DNA of 64,000 nt from Raillietiella orientalis (Eukaryota): the NCBI GenBank assembly GCA_036172245.1, contig JAYWIR010000044.1, positions 1,364,001-1,428,000 on the forward strand, written 5' to 3'. The first letter of the stretch is position 1. Each line of letters begins with the position of its first letter. This document shows positions 26,058 through 38,919 of the stretch, piece after piece. Below the pieces are notes generated by a model, which was given only the letters and a program-made list of their open reading frames with translations, did not search any database and was not told the DNA's origin. Position numbers and translations under genes: made by a program.

Positions 26058-27050
26058 TTTGTCACCCGGTCACGCCAGGCATTTATTCGAAAGATGAGCA
26101 AAACTTCTGGAAGCCACCAATTTTGACCCAAAAATAACAGAAAGTTCAAGAGGATGGTGCACTCCGAAAGTCCGGAACGAATGGATGTGGATGATAAACA
26201 AAAATTCAGACAAAAGTACGGTAGGCAGGACCAGAAGTCTTTGGTTTCATCCCCGTGCCTTTATGTGCAGCCAAGAAAAGTCCTGAACGGGAACGGGAAC
26301 TGATTTAATAAAAGAGGAAGGCTGACGAGGACAGAGGTCACAGGCTTGGTGCCTTCCTTCTTTATAGAACCGGCACAGAATGCTGCCGACCTCCACCTCG
26401 ACTTGCTCTTCTAGGCGAGGCTACCTAGCAGCCGCCCTCACATAGGCAGCTGCCAGGTGGATGGCCTCCCTCCGCTGTCCTTCCTTCTCCGAGGCGTGAT
26501 GCGGACCATGACGGTGGTGCAGGCCCGACTCAGGCCAGGCTCTCTTCGCCATCACTAGGCCTGCCGGGATTCCGCTGCGGCGGATCACGGACGGGTGTCT
26601 TCCAGGTGCAGCAGAGCTGCAGCCGGCCTTCGCCTCAGTTTGCTGAGGCCACCTCAGCTCAAAGACAGGTGCGGAGGGATCGACCCCATCGACCCGCACC
26701 TGGCACAGCCCGGGAGCGCTTCCCCGTAGCGCTGATTGCACTGAATCTTCAGCAACAGCTCGTGCTGCCAGTTAGTAAGGGGCGTGGACGCGTTCGAATA
26801 CAAGGGAGGACCAATAGTTCTTCGGGGGCAGAGCCTCAAAGTTCACTCCTCTGAGGGAGCGGAGTGGCGTCATCCACCAGTTCGCACGTCTTCCAGCCAC
26901 CCGGGAGTTTCGCCTTTCCTGCAACGGTGTAGGAAGTCTTCCACCTCGCCGGTTGAGCGGCGCTGCTTCGGCAAGCGGAGTAGCGGACATTAAAAAGTTA
27001 CTCGAGTCCTGCAGTACCACTGCCGAAGGATGGCCGGAAAACTCTACGGA
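26058..27050 (-). mobile_element. Family A 5'-truncated copy
   Basis: Zinc-finger region, C-terminus 'EAIHLAAAYVRAAAR', terminal motif at 26058-26087; core 26251-26625 nearly identical to 51923-52297. Confidence 0.8.
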
Positions 27051-27052
27051 GC

Positions 27053-27660
27053 TTTTCCACCCGGTCACGCCGTGGCGTTTATTTAATAAATCAAAAAGCA
27101 TCCCGGAACGCAGTTCTCGGACATATGCAAAAATAAGCTAAGGGTGGGATCCACTGTCACGCAGGCCGGACATTCTAGAATTCCAGAGCGTGAGGGAGGG
27201 GACAATAAATGATAAAAGAGGGAAGGGTAAGGACAGGTGCCTTTGATATGGTCACTCCTTTTTCCGTAAAGTCCGGAGCGAGAAGGAGGGACAAATAACA
27301 TAAATAAAATAAAGTGGGAGATAAGGGCAAAGTCTTTTAGCACCAGTCCCTCCTCCTTAATAAGATCCAGAGCTCTGAGTTGGGACAATAAATAAAAATG
27401 GAGGGAAAAGGGAAGATGGTTCTTTGGCATGTGCAGACCCTTCTCCTAGGTTCGGTGCTGAAAGGCGACTATCTCCGCCCTGACTCCTTCTTCGAGGAGA
27501 GGCCACTTAGCAGCCGCACGTAAGGAGGCAGCTGCCAGATGGTGGACCTCACTTCGCTGCTCTGCGTCTCCATGACGTAGCAACAGTGGCGCGATTGCAA
27601 CGGATTGTTGCGAATTCCGCGCCACCTTAAAGCCCGTGAAAAAGGGCCGCAGCAAGTCCT
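27053..27660 (-). mobile_element. Family A short 3' copy
   Basis: ORF 27446-27655 'HLAAASLRAAAKWPLLEEGVRAEIVAFQHRT*'; terminal motif 27053-27083. Confidence 0.8.
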
Positions 27661-27669
27661 TTGCGGTGT

Positions 27670-30200
27670 CTTCCGGGATGATGGAGATCCTTTTTGTTTT
27701 TGTTTTTTTGTCTTCGCTGCTTTCCTTCCAGTTTTTTCTTTCAGGTTTTCATTTTCTTTGGTTCGCCGAGTACCTCAGGAACCGTCGCGCGCCTGGCGGC
27801 GGCTCACGCAGCTCTTTAACGCTGTTCCACGCCAACCGAGGGAGCGGGTAATTCTTCAAGGTAGGGGGTATCCCAGGAGAGGACCATCCTATGAATCCAG
27901 GAGAGAACTCCGGAGAAGGGAGTCCGGTTCCTCTCACGCCTGGGGAGGGATTCCCGACCCTCCACCCTGGTTGTCTCCGAAGAGAACCAAATGGAATCAC
28001 CTTCCTTACTCTCTCCGGGGGGATCCCCGAAGGGTCCGCCCAGAAGGGAACCCGCAAGGAAACAGCTCCTTCCGGGTCCTTCTCAGAAGGGCAACCCGAA
28101 GGGAGCGGCATGCTTCTTTGCACTTTGGAGAGGTGACATCGTTAATCAACCTGCTCCATGGAACGAGACGGAGGGTTCTTCCCGAAGGGGGGTCCGCTCC
28201 TTCGCACAACTGTAAAGGGAACCCCAATCCTTGACTCAGTTCCTGGAAGAATCCCGGAGGATCTACTTCCAACCCTGGTTACTCATCGGAGCATCCGGTT
28301 TGAACCGCTATCCTGCGGCGCCGCACCTGAATGAATATAGGCCAGCGTCATCTTGCAGGAGAAACTGGAACCCACGACACACCCATCTCTCGGCGCATCA
28401 TCTCTCTTTCCGAGTATTCGAACCCACGACGCCTGGTGCCAAGAGCAGAGACCGCAACCACGTGGTTGCGGGCACGGCAGTCGAGCAAAAGGTGCGGAAA
28501 CGATTCGATCGTACCCCACCTCGAGCAGTTCAAGGAGACAACTCCCCTGGCAACGATTCATTGCGACTGATTACACTGGAATCCTCAGTGTTAAAACGGC
28601 AGCAAGCCCTGTTTCCATCGTAGAGGGAACACCGAGGTGTCCAAACAAGCAGGGGGAACCATTAGTTCTTTGAGGAACACAGTTGACAGTTCGCTTCTTC
28701 CAAGAAGTCTTTCAACCTGAGTCGCCAGAGTGGCAGCATACACCAGTTCCTTTGTCTTCCAGCCGCCAAGGAGCTTGGACTCTCTTGTGGTGGTGTAGAA
28801 CAAGTTCCACCATGCTGGTAGGCAACTGTCATTGCTTGCCCTCAGAGCACACAGAGCTGAGGCAAGAGGTATGGAGGCTAGGCGATTACACTTCTTGTCT
28901 TTCATGACATCTTCCAGAGGATGGCTCAGCAGAAGTCGCAGTCCTCGAAGATCTTTCAGGCGCATTCCTATGTACCGTAGCCATGACATAATGGCCTCCT
29001 GCGTCCATGCATCGAAGTCCATAGGGTCAGATTCTTTCCTGGTGTGCCGAAAGTGCGGCAGCAACGAAAGCAGTCCTGTTCTGCTGATGCAGCGCCGAAT
29101 AAGAAGACGCGCAGGTAGACACCAAGGCATACACCAAAGTTTGGCACACAGTGCGAGCATTCGGAAGTGCACCTGCAGTCCAATCTTCTCGACGGTAAGG
29201 ATATCCAAGCCAGCGTCTTGCGAGGCATCACCAAGTCTTTCATTCGGATCCAGGACTTTGCAGCTCCCCACAAGATTTTGATTAAAGGCGCTGCGCTCGG
29301 ATCTTGACCAAATAAGGGGACAGGCACACAAAAAACAAGGGGCAGAGGAGGGGGACAACGAAGCTGTTTTAGATGGAGGGTCACTCGCCACCCAGGAACG
29401 GGCCAAGATCCCACTCTGCCTTCTAAAAGCAGTCCGACCACGCTTCTGCATTGCAAAAGTTGCCCAATGGAACGACAAAGTACTTGAAGCACCTGCCTGT
29501 GGGGATCCTCAGGCAGATCCAGTCAGACGTGAGGAAGGCCTCACGTCGCTCACAGGGATGACCACACTCGTACTCCTGTTGACACTCACGCCGGCTTCCC
29601 GACGAATCAGCTCGAATAAATTCTTGAGAATGTTCGCCAAGATGGACATGGGTAAGAGGAGAAGCAGGTCATCTGCATAGGCTCACGACTAACGTACCTG
29701 AACAAGAGCTCGGCACATTGGAGAGAGTCAGCCTGTATGCCTTCAGTACCAACTCGAAGGAGATGCTGAAGATCAGAGGGTTTAACCTGTCTCCTTGCCT
29801 GATGCCTCGCCATGCCGATATGCCGTACACGTGGATGCTGCTGAAAAAGATGCAGGTGATCGAGTGGCACCAGGAGGAGCTCAAGTAGGACAGCAGGACT
29901 GCCGGAAGACCGAGACTTTGCAAAAACTCCAGAAGAAGGCAGCGAACGCTTTTTGCAATTCGACTGCGACCGCCAAGGCTTCCGGAGTTTCTTCTCGCGG
30001 CCGGATCCTATGCCTGTGGTCGGTAGCAGCCCTCACTGCTGCTCGACCATCCAGCGCATCGCGATACTGCAGCCGGAGCCATGTCTGCTCGAAAAGGTGC
30101 TTCTCATTCAGGGACTGGGAGACAATTTCCAGCGTAGGTCTGCTACGGAGAGAGGGAGAAGATCACAGATTGGGGCCATCACCATGAGAATAGGACTTGG
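27670..30200 (-). mobile_element. Family B L1/Tx1-like element (RT, thumb, zinc finger, extension, spacer)
   Basis: 'RGIRQGDRLNPLIFSISFELVL', AYADDLLL after a frameshift (~29700), ORF 28591-29478, 'NCSRWGTIESFPHLLLDCRARNHVV...RRRGFEY'. Confidence 0.9.
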
Positions 30201-30337
30201 TTTTTCGATGCCCTGAGGCGGGATTGCCTGGCCGATGAAGACGTTAAAAAGAACCCTGTTCCTGGGTGAGGTAAATGTCCATTGGAGTCGGGATGGGAAG
30301 GAACATCGATCTCCTTTTATTCGACGACCAACTATGC

Positions 30338-32690
30338 TTTCTCACCCAGTCACGCCGGGGCGTTTATTCCGTATAAGGTTATACAAAATGAGATTATATA
30401 AAATAAACCAGTTGGGGACCAGGTTCCCAACCAACGACTAAACAAAGATCGAGAGAATTTTCCCTGGCACGCATTCCAGAATAACAGAGTTCGAAACTCC
30501 GTGAAGGATCGGGAAAACAAACAAAAAAACAAAACAAAAAAACAACGTGGGATGTGAGCAGAAAAGGGTCTTTGGGATCTCTCCGGGAGACACCAGGGTA
30601 GAAACACTGGCACCGAGAATTCAACAGAGCGAACAGGTTGGGACAAGGGTGGGTGAGAGGTCACAGGGATCACCGGAGTACACCGTTCTTAGACGTCTGT
30701 GTACCGGCGATGGATGCCGGCGATATTCTCTTCCACCTCTTCATGAAGGCAAGACCACCATGCGGCCTTCTCTATGGATTCAGCTGCAAGCAGGTAGGCG
30801 TCCCTTCGTTGCGCTGACAACTCCAGGGCGTAGCGGGCCATGACTATGGCACCAATGCAACACACACGATCACGATTACCGAACGTCCGTTTGCTCTAAG
30901 GAAGCGTCGCAGCACATCAATGACAGTGCCTGTCTGCGGCATGATGATTAAAGTCAGCCCTCGTCACAGTTCACGAAGGTCACCGCAGTCCAGCAAGAGG
31001 TGCGGGAAAGACTCGATCTCTCCGCACCTCAAACAGTTTGACGAAGCAGCTCCCGCGGAAACGATGCTTCGCAGCTGATTACAATGGAGACCCCAGTGAG
31101 AAACAGTAGCACATCTTGTTTCCATTTCAAAAGGAACACGGAGCTGTCTAAACAAATGGATGGAACCACTACCTCTTCGGGGGGCACACTTAAATGTTCG
31201 CTCCACTGAAGCAGGCCCTTCGCCCGATTCCGAGGCGGCGGCTTGCACCAGCTCCTTTGTCCCCAAGCCGCCAAGGAGCTTAAACACTCTTGCAGTTGTG
31301 CAGGAGAACTTTCATTCCGCCGGTTGACAACTGTCATTGCTTGCCCTGAAGGCAGACAGCGCTGCGGCGAGGGGTGTGGAGGACAGACGATCCGACTTCT
31401 TGTCCTGCATGACTTCGTCCAGGGGATGACTCAGGAGAAGTTGCAGGCCTCGAAGATCTTCCAGGCGCATTCCTTCAGAATCAGCCCTTGATGCAAACGA
31501 TCGACGACTTCGCCCTGTTCACCTCCAGGCTAGTCCCGTGGCGTAGCAACTCGAAGAAATATTCGAGCGCGTACACTGGGATGCACCCGAGGAGTAGCAG
31601 CAGAAGATCGTCTGCTCAGGCCGACACGGCAGGCGTGCCAGCACACGAGCTCGGCGGGGTAGCCAAAGTTTCTCTGTATGCTCTGAGCACCAACTCGAAG
31701 TAGATGCTGAGGAGCAAGGGGTTCAGGCTGTCTCCCTGCCGGATGCCGCGGCGCACTGGCACACCGTACGTGTGCCGGCCGCTGAAACAAATATTTATTA
31801 ACGCGTTGCGCCAGCAGGAGCGCAGGTAGGACTGGAGCACGGCCGGGAAACCCATGCGTTCAGGAACTCCAGGAGTACCTGGTCGACGCAGTCAAATGCT
31901 TTACGCAAATCGACCGCGACCACAAGGGCTCCCTGCGTGTCCTTCTCGCCACCAACCAGTTGTTTTTGGTCAGAGGGGAGCGCAAGGTTCCCTCGACCTG
32001 TCGCTGCAACTCGTTGTCGCAACTGCCACCATGTGCTGGTGGGGAACAGGTTGGCTTCCATAGTTTCTCCAGGAACAGCGTAAGTATGCTCCGGACTGGT
32101 GCCGGGATAAGACGCATTGCGCGCAAGTTTTACTCCTTCCTATAGGCAGAGGCACTTTTGCAGCGTTTTCCCTGCCGGAGGGCGTTCCAGCGATCAATGA
32201 GTAGATGACCAATACCCCAACGAGTCATTCACGATGGAGTGGATCATTTCCTTCATCAGGAACCTCAGTAGGAGGAAAGCACAAGGCGAAATTCCATCGA
32301 TGCTTACCCCCCTCCGGTGGAGCGGCTGTGAACGCTGATTCGAGGAAGAGGGAAGGTGCCCACCTCCTCCTGATCAGCAAGAGTACCTCCGCTGCCGAAC
32401 GTAGGAGACCTCTGTAGCATTGGCAACCGGAGTCCGATTACCGTGATGTGCGGACGCCAAGCTGATGGGGAAGTTTTGGACGGAACGCCTGGAGCGGTTA
32501 GCCGAGACGTTCATCATTCCGGGCTTGCTCTGTCCCAGAACAGAGCACTGACGCGAACCTCTTCCTGAGCAGCTCCTGGATCCGGTTGCAACTAGGACTT
32601 GCGCCGGCCGCCCAGAGGAATGCCGAATGCGTTGAATGTTGCTTCTCTCCTGCGGCATCGACCGCAGCTCTGGTGCTGCTCACGCGGTGT
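30338..32690 (-). mobile_element. Family A element, internally deleted (EN remnant, RT, zinc finger, 3' end)
   Basis: 'VAVDLRKAFDCVD', 'RRGIRQGDSLNPLLLSIYFELV', 'HWGLHCNQ...NCLRCGEIESFPHLLLDC'; terminal motif 30338-30368. Confidence 0.9.
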
Positions 32691-32699
32691 TTAAATGAC

Positions 32700-33165
32700 A
32701 GGAGTCTACATTGACAGTGGACAGCCGACCAGAGACGTCATTTCAATGGTGGTTTCCCGTTTGAGAAAGATCACAAGGTGTCTGTATCTCACTCGGCATT
32801 AGGAGGAACTTGCTGGCATGCTGGAAAGGTAGCAGAGGAAGATGTCGGTAATCCCTTCCTCCTCTCCCCAGTATTCTTGAATACAATTTTTTTTTTGTTA
32901 CTTATTTTTTGCCCGCTCCTTTCTCCCTCATTTTCCTTCCCATTTCCCTCATTTGAGCAAGAATTCTTATCTTCAAGGCAGCCTTCTCACTAGCAGCAAT
33001 CGCCTCCAAGCTTCTTACCGATGTAGCGGGATCGCAATACCACTGTATCCTTTTTTTTCCTCGTTGCGTCGACAGTTTATTTGCACGTTTCTACGATTAA
33101 TGTCCCGTCCTGACCTAGCGAAAGCTCCCTGACTCGAAGCTCTCTAGCAATGCCACCGGGTGGAC
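32700..33165 (+). mobile_element. Family A C-terminus and 3' UTR
   Basis: gaggaacttgctggcatgctggaaagg ('EELAGMLER') homologous to other family A ends; T-rich UTR; possible degenerate terminus gcaatgccaccgggtggaca. Confidence 0.5.
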
Positions 33166-33195
33166 ATCGGTGACAGAGGAAAGAGGTCGCTCATA

Positions 33196-34140
33196 TTTGT
33201 CACCCGGATATGCCGGGGCATTTATTAATCTAATTCCTATTAGTTAATAAAGCCTCTTAATAGGTTTTTGTGGGAAAACACTTGGTTTTCCCACGCTGGT
33301 AGACGTGTCGGGAGCCGGTGCCGAGACCGGCTAGGTCCTTTCCCGAGGCGCAGGGGAAGGGAAAACTAAAACAAAAAGAAACAAAAAGAGAAATAACGGG
33401 GAGGGAAACAGTTATATGGGGAGATGGGGGGCAGAGAAGGGATCCCTGGGCGCCTGGGTTGGTCCTCTGCATCGTGTTCAGGAGGTCGCTCACGTAAGCC
33501 GACAAGGATGCCGCCTTCTTTCGCGCCTTCGGCGGAGTTTTCTTAACGCGAGCTCTCCTTAGAGGGAACGGCCTTGACCTTCGCCTTAAATTTCGTAACC
33601 GACTGCGGAATCGCGAGTTCTTTGCCGACGCAACCTACGCCACTCCGGTCTGCCACGACTCTGGAGGACACCTGCGGATCGACGCGTCTTCCGTGCCGCC
33701 CCACAGGAAGCGGCTGCATCATCCCTGAGCTTCTGCTCGACACCTAACCGGAAGTGGAAGCGAAAATGTTCTTGTTCCTCTGGAGAGAGCTCTGCGGGCT
33801 GCTCAACCTTCTTTTCGCTCCTCCTTTCCCTCCTTACCTTCATCCACCCTATTTCCTCCCACTGCTGTTCCTCAGAGGACTCGGGGTGTAGTTTGATGGT
33901 GCTGACGAGTGAAGTTGCGGATGATTCCTCCAACTCCACCCTTCATCTTTAAATTTTTTCATTTCTCCTTCCCTCTCTACAGGTGACTGCCCGCGGCCGG
34001 GTCTTCTGGCTGCATTGCAGACACCTGGTGGGGAGGCGACGTTTCTTCAGGTGTTCCACCTTCAACGCAGTAGCTGCACGCCTTTCTCTTTCCCACATGC
34101 CACAGGGAGATGCAGCCACCGTCCACCCGCAGCATGCAAC
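33196..34140 (-). mobile_element. ORF1-like region joined to a family A 3' end
   Basis: Frameshifted knuckles 'KACSYCVEG.HLKK..PTRCLQCSQ' (~34090-34000), charged tail, then cctgaacacgatgcagagga...gatcccttct (family A stop region) and terminal motif 33196-33226. Confidence 0.6.
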
Positions 34141-34148
34141 CCGCGTCG

Positions 34149-35060
34149 GTTGACACTCGGTCACTCTGGGGCATTTGTTTAAAAAATAAACATACACTCA
34201 AGTGGCAGGATGTGTGATCCTGCCACGTTATACACGGATGCCGACAACCGATGTCCAGGCCGGCGAGGTCCGCCTCGGCAGCAAAGATGAAGGAGATACA
34301 AACAGAAAGAAAAATAAAAGCAGAAATGCAAACAAAAGTGGAGGGTTCTGGAAAGTATCACTGGAGGGCACCCTCTGCAACCTTGCAAGCATGCCGGCAA
34401 GTTCCATCCTCAGGATCCCCAAATGGGGCCATCTTGACTCTGTCCTCAGGAAGAAGACCGCAAAATACGTGGCGTCCATGTGGTTCTGACCTCCACTGGC
34501 GTAGCTCCATGCAGCCACGATCCCGCGTAAGCAGCACAGTGCGGCTAGGGATTCAACCGGCGTGAGGGCGTCGCGCTAGAAGAGGTGCTTTCAAAGGTCT
34601 TTGGGGTTGCCCTCAGGGGGATCCCTGGGGACGACCCCAGAGACGCAGCAAACTAGGACTTTTGCGGGAACGCTTTGCCGCAGGGACGCGGCAAAGAGTT
34701 CTCACATGGGATGGAGGGGTATAGAATCCATGAGCAGGTGTGAGAGGGACTCTCTCGCGTTGCGCCTGCAGCAGTTCGAGCGTACACTCCCTGGGTTCAG
34801 TGGTATCGGCGAGCATTACACGGGAGGTCCCAATGCAACAGCAAGGTCGCTGACTGCTGCTACTTCAAGAGGACAGTAGCACTATACCAACACGCTGGGG
34901 GCTACTTCACCTCCTCCAGAGGAAATTTGTATTAATTCTCCCCAGCGTAGCAGTCCGTTTGGAGGGACACCCGGGGTCATGGCGCCCGCCAGCTACCGAG
35001 TTGTCTACTCACCCAAATGTTTTTCTTTGGTGCTTCGTAATACGCAGGTCACTTCCCATC
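34149..35060 (-). mobile_element. Family A 3' copy
   Basis: ORF 34228-34518 'ESRWPHLGILRMELAGMLARLQR'; terminal motif 34149-34179. Confidence 0.8.
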
Positions 35061-35099
35061 TCGCTGGATGTTGGCTGTCCATTGTCCCCCATTGCTTAG

Positions 35100-35730
35100 G
35101 GAGGGCATCACTGGGATGAGGGTGGTGAATCATGCCACAGCAGATTGTTCCCCAGAATCTCCCTCAACGGCTGACGAGAGTATTTTCTGTTCCGGAGTCG
35201 GACAACTCGCGTCGGAGACCTTGTGGTCGCTGTCTCCTCTCATGGAGCCACCAAGCGTCGCGGGCTCGAAAACTCGAGAAGAATCGACGCCGAGATGGGG
35301 GTGCGTCGTGGGTTTCAGTTCCTTCCGCAAGATGACGCTGGTTGGCCTCTTTTAGGATGCAAGACTGTTAAAACCACATCACCTCAATGAGTGGTCGGGA
35401 TTGGGAGTCGACCCCTGATCCTTCCTGGAAACAAAACCAGGGACTGGGTAGTTCCCCTCTGGTTATTCAAAAAAACGGACCCTCGTCTCGTACCACGGAG
35501 TACGGGTGTTAAACTGCTCCAGATTGCGCAAAGTGCTTGCACAGTGAGGGGATCGAAGGAGCAGCGATGAGTCTCCTGAAGATGGTTTTGATAAAACAAA
35601 AGAGTGGGTGAAGGAGCTCACGCACTCCGAATACGGGCGAAGAGGATGGCGCGGACATTGCTGTCGGTCTTCGCTCTTCCTCTATGCAAGCTGGCAGAGA
35701 AGGAAAGCAGGAAGAGGAAAAGAAGCGTTT
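35100..35730 (+). mobile_element. Family B 3' fragment
   Basis: 'RVGDLVVAVSSHGATKRRGLE', 'RKMTLVG', gggagtcgacccctgatccttcctggaa block. Confidence 0.65.
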
Positions 35731-36699
35731 TTGCAACTGTTCTCTGAGTGGGTCGGCGAATTGCCGAGCAGAGAACTGCCCTGATTGGCGCTTTGGGTTC
35801 CAGTGACCCATTTCGAGATCCGCCGAACGAACGGCGCGATGTCTAAAAAGTCGTTTCCAGAAGCTTCCGGCCTGTAGAAGGGACCTCAGAACTGCCCTCC
35901 TGCGCTTGCTCCGTGGGGGAGGGAGCACAGGGCAGGGTTCCTAGTGCCCTCATCTTCTTCCCAGGAGTAACAGATGTGCCAATGAGAGAATCCCGATGCG
36001 ACGGAACCGGTGTCAGGAAGGACTCGGTTGGCAATTTTGGGACCAGCGCTTTGTCGCGCCCATCTATAAGAAAGCGCAGCTATGGATTTTCCACTTTCTT
36101 CTCCGAAGGTCAGAGCCCTTCCATCGAAATGCATCTTTATGCTCCGATTGTGAAAAATCTTCGCTTAAGCGGGAGTGGCTCAGGCGTCGCCAAATTCCTT
36201 CTGGATGGAATGGTACCGGGCGTACCGGGGAGGGAAGATCGCGTGCCACACTGGAATGCTTTCCTATTACACTTCTGTACATCAGGAAACCTCGTTACCA
36301 GACAAAGTCCTCGTAGGATGGGTCGAAAGGGAGCTGCTTTGTTCGACCAAAGTAACAGCATGGATATAACCTCAAAGACTGAATCCGTATGTAACTCTAT
36401 TGAGCCTAGGTGGTAAACCCCCTTATAGAGAGGACAACTCACTTCGGCAAGGAAACAAGCATCCTCTGTAATGGCCGTCGCTACGGAACACTCCATCCTT
36501 TGAACATCCCTCGATGAACAGTCTCTTCCAGCATGGACTACGCCGGACGTATTCATCATCCCTCCGCGGTTCAAGGTCAGCGTAAGGTTTTTCCGGATAG
36601 CCTTTTTCGAGTAGTCGCTCTTGGCCAAAGGTGGGGTCAGTCGACTAGGAGGCAACTAAGTGTCTTCGAATCGTTGGTCTTAGCTTGGTGATCCCCTTT

Positions 36700-37600
36700 C
36701 CTAAAAGCGGGAGTGCGGCCGGGTGTGCTGTGGTTCACTGGTGGTGTGGATCTATGGTGTACCCTGGAAAGGCAACCAGAAGAGAGTGAGCTCTCCCGAG
36801 TGGTCTTAAAGATGTCGCGGGAGCTGCGCAAAGGTTGCAGCAAGAAGCATCATCGTGCGGAGCTACACTCAACGCTTGGTGCCACACGTGGAGAACGCAG
36901 CCATGTGGCCGCCAAAGAGAGCGTGTGGCTATGGCTGATCGGCGTGACCACGTGCTCATGCATCTTGGCGGGAGCAGCAAATTCCCTCGAGCGTCGATCC
37001 AGGACGCTCATCTCCCCATGCGCCATCAAGCACCTTGCACGCGTGCGGTACCTGCCTCTTCGTCCAGGCGCCGCTTTCACGGGCAGCAGCACACGGAGAT
37101 ACGGGAAGTGCGTATGAGGCGCTACCCGAACATTCAAACATCATCAGGGAAGATTCCAACACAAAGGGGAGCCGCCCTCTATCGAGTCGGAACGGATGAC
37201 CCCTCGAGCACCAATGCCCACCGGTCACGAACGCATCTTCGATTTGTCTTCGCTTCGCCTCTGGAGAAGTTCAAGTGCGTCGACCACCGCATGCAATGAG
37301 GGCTGCTATTCGGCGAAGTGTCACCACCTTCTCTGTGTGCTGCCAGGCTTTAGGCAGCGGGTAGACTTCGACGGCCTCAAGCTGGAGGCAGCTGGGCCGC
37401 GTCGCAAACTCCAAGTGAAGGATCTTTGTGCACCGACGTTCCTGAAGAGCCTTTAATTGGTCGACAGCTCATTCCGCGCACGTCGCAGAGACTTCAGGAC
37501 AACCCTCTCGGAAGTCAACCAGGATATCGGCCGCTGGCGCCGTACGTGAGATGAATGCACCGGGTCGAGAAAACGTCTTCTTCCTAGCCAACAAACTTCA
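36700..37600 (+). mobile_element. RLE-type element 3' portion
   Basis: 'AIKHLARVRYLP...RRYGKC' and terminal 'GGSWAAS' motif; 37320-37590 is homologous to the reverse complement of ~46205-46475. Confidence 0.6.
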
Positions 37601-37762
37601 ACACCTCACTTATCTCACCTAACAGAACCCATCCTTGAAAATTCAATCAACTCAACATAGCCTACTCAACCCAATCTGACCCATCTAACCTAACATTAGT
37701 CACCTTAGCTAACTAAACCAACTTAACGTGACCTATGCTACCTCTCCTGACCTAACCTAAGT
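37600..37762 (+). repeat. Degenerate (CCTAA)n-like pentamer tail
   Basis: ...tctaa cctaa catta ... ctaac taaac caact ... gacct aacct aa; 5-nt phased. Confidence 0.75.
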
Positions 37763-38919
37763 TGCAGAGCCAATTGAGGGTGAGGAAGCAAGAAAGAATG
37801 CCTTATACTTTGCCTTGCGCGAAAATCGAACGTGGATCGGCGACTCGGAGTCCCCTGCCGGAACGCGGAAGTGAAGGAAGGCATCGGAAACCAGATCGAA
37901 GCGGTCAGGGGACGAGAGAGGGTCACGCCTTGCGAGAACTCCGACAGAAGTTTTCGAAAGTTTGAAAACTTCCCTCAAGAAAGGCAGCATCCCGAAATCA
38001 TCGGGGCACGAAAGTCTCCCGAGAAATCTCCACCGGCTCCGCAGCTAAGATGAGCCGTCCGCCTTCAGCAAGTCTCCCGGTCCAATGCTCCATGGCAGCA
38101 AGGAACGTGTCCAAGGAGGAGTGGCGTTCACCGGAGGATGGGAACGTTCCATCCCGGTTCGAAATGGGGGCGCGCTTGCCACCGAGGTCCGCTCACTCGA
38201 GACCTTACTTTCGGTCTTGTTCTTCAGCTTGGCGGTCCCATCGGTCCGGCATCGAATGCCTCTCGCGCTTGAGACGTTGGGAGCTTGAGAGCTTCCTCCA
38301 GGGTGCGATACTTCTCGCAGCGCGTGCTCCTTACACGAAAGTGGTCCGCTGGTCCTCATCCACTGTTTGTCTTTCTGCTGGACGGGATTCCAGCCTTCAC
38401 GAATGCACTGCAGAGAACCCGAGTGGTCATATGGAACTGGTCGCCGCTGTTCGTTCGCATTCGAAATGATGGCAGCGTCCTCACCCTGGGATGCAGGTCC
38501 ATTCGTTCAAATTGAAATCATAAGATTGGAGGAGGAGCTACGTGCATCAGCCCAAAACTGGGAGGCAACCGCCTCCGTGAATGGAAGTAGTGGTGGCGGG
38601 TCAGGATTCAGTAAATAGGTATATAGGCAGGAACGACCTCGCGAAAATAACCATGGATCCGGTGGACTCGCATGTGGTGGTCACCAGTAATTTCTTGAAG
38701 GATCCAGAGCCGGCCTGGTAGCCATGTTGGAAGTGTCTGATCAACTGGACTCGAAAGCGTGCCGAGGTCAAAAGTGATCGGGTGATGGGACAGCCTGAGC
38801 CGATGGTCACATCCGGAGCTTTGACACGCTATCCACGCTCGAAGAAGGAAAGCCTCTTCTAGTCAGTGCACCCTCCGGACCAGGGACACCTGGGTCTCGC
38901 TCCGGAATGACCGGGTGAC

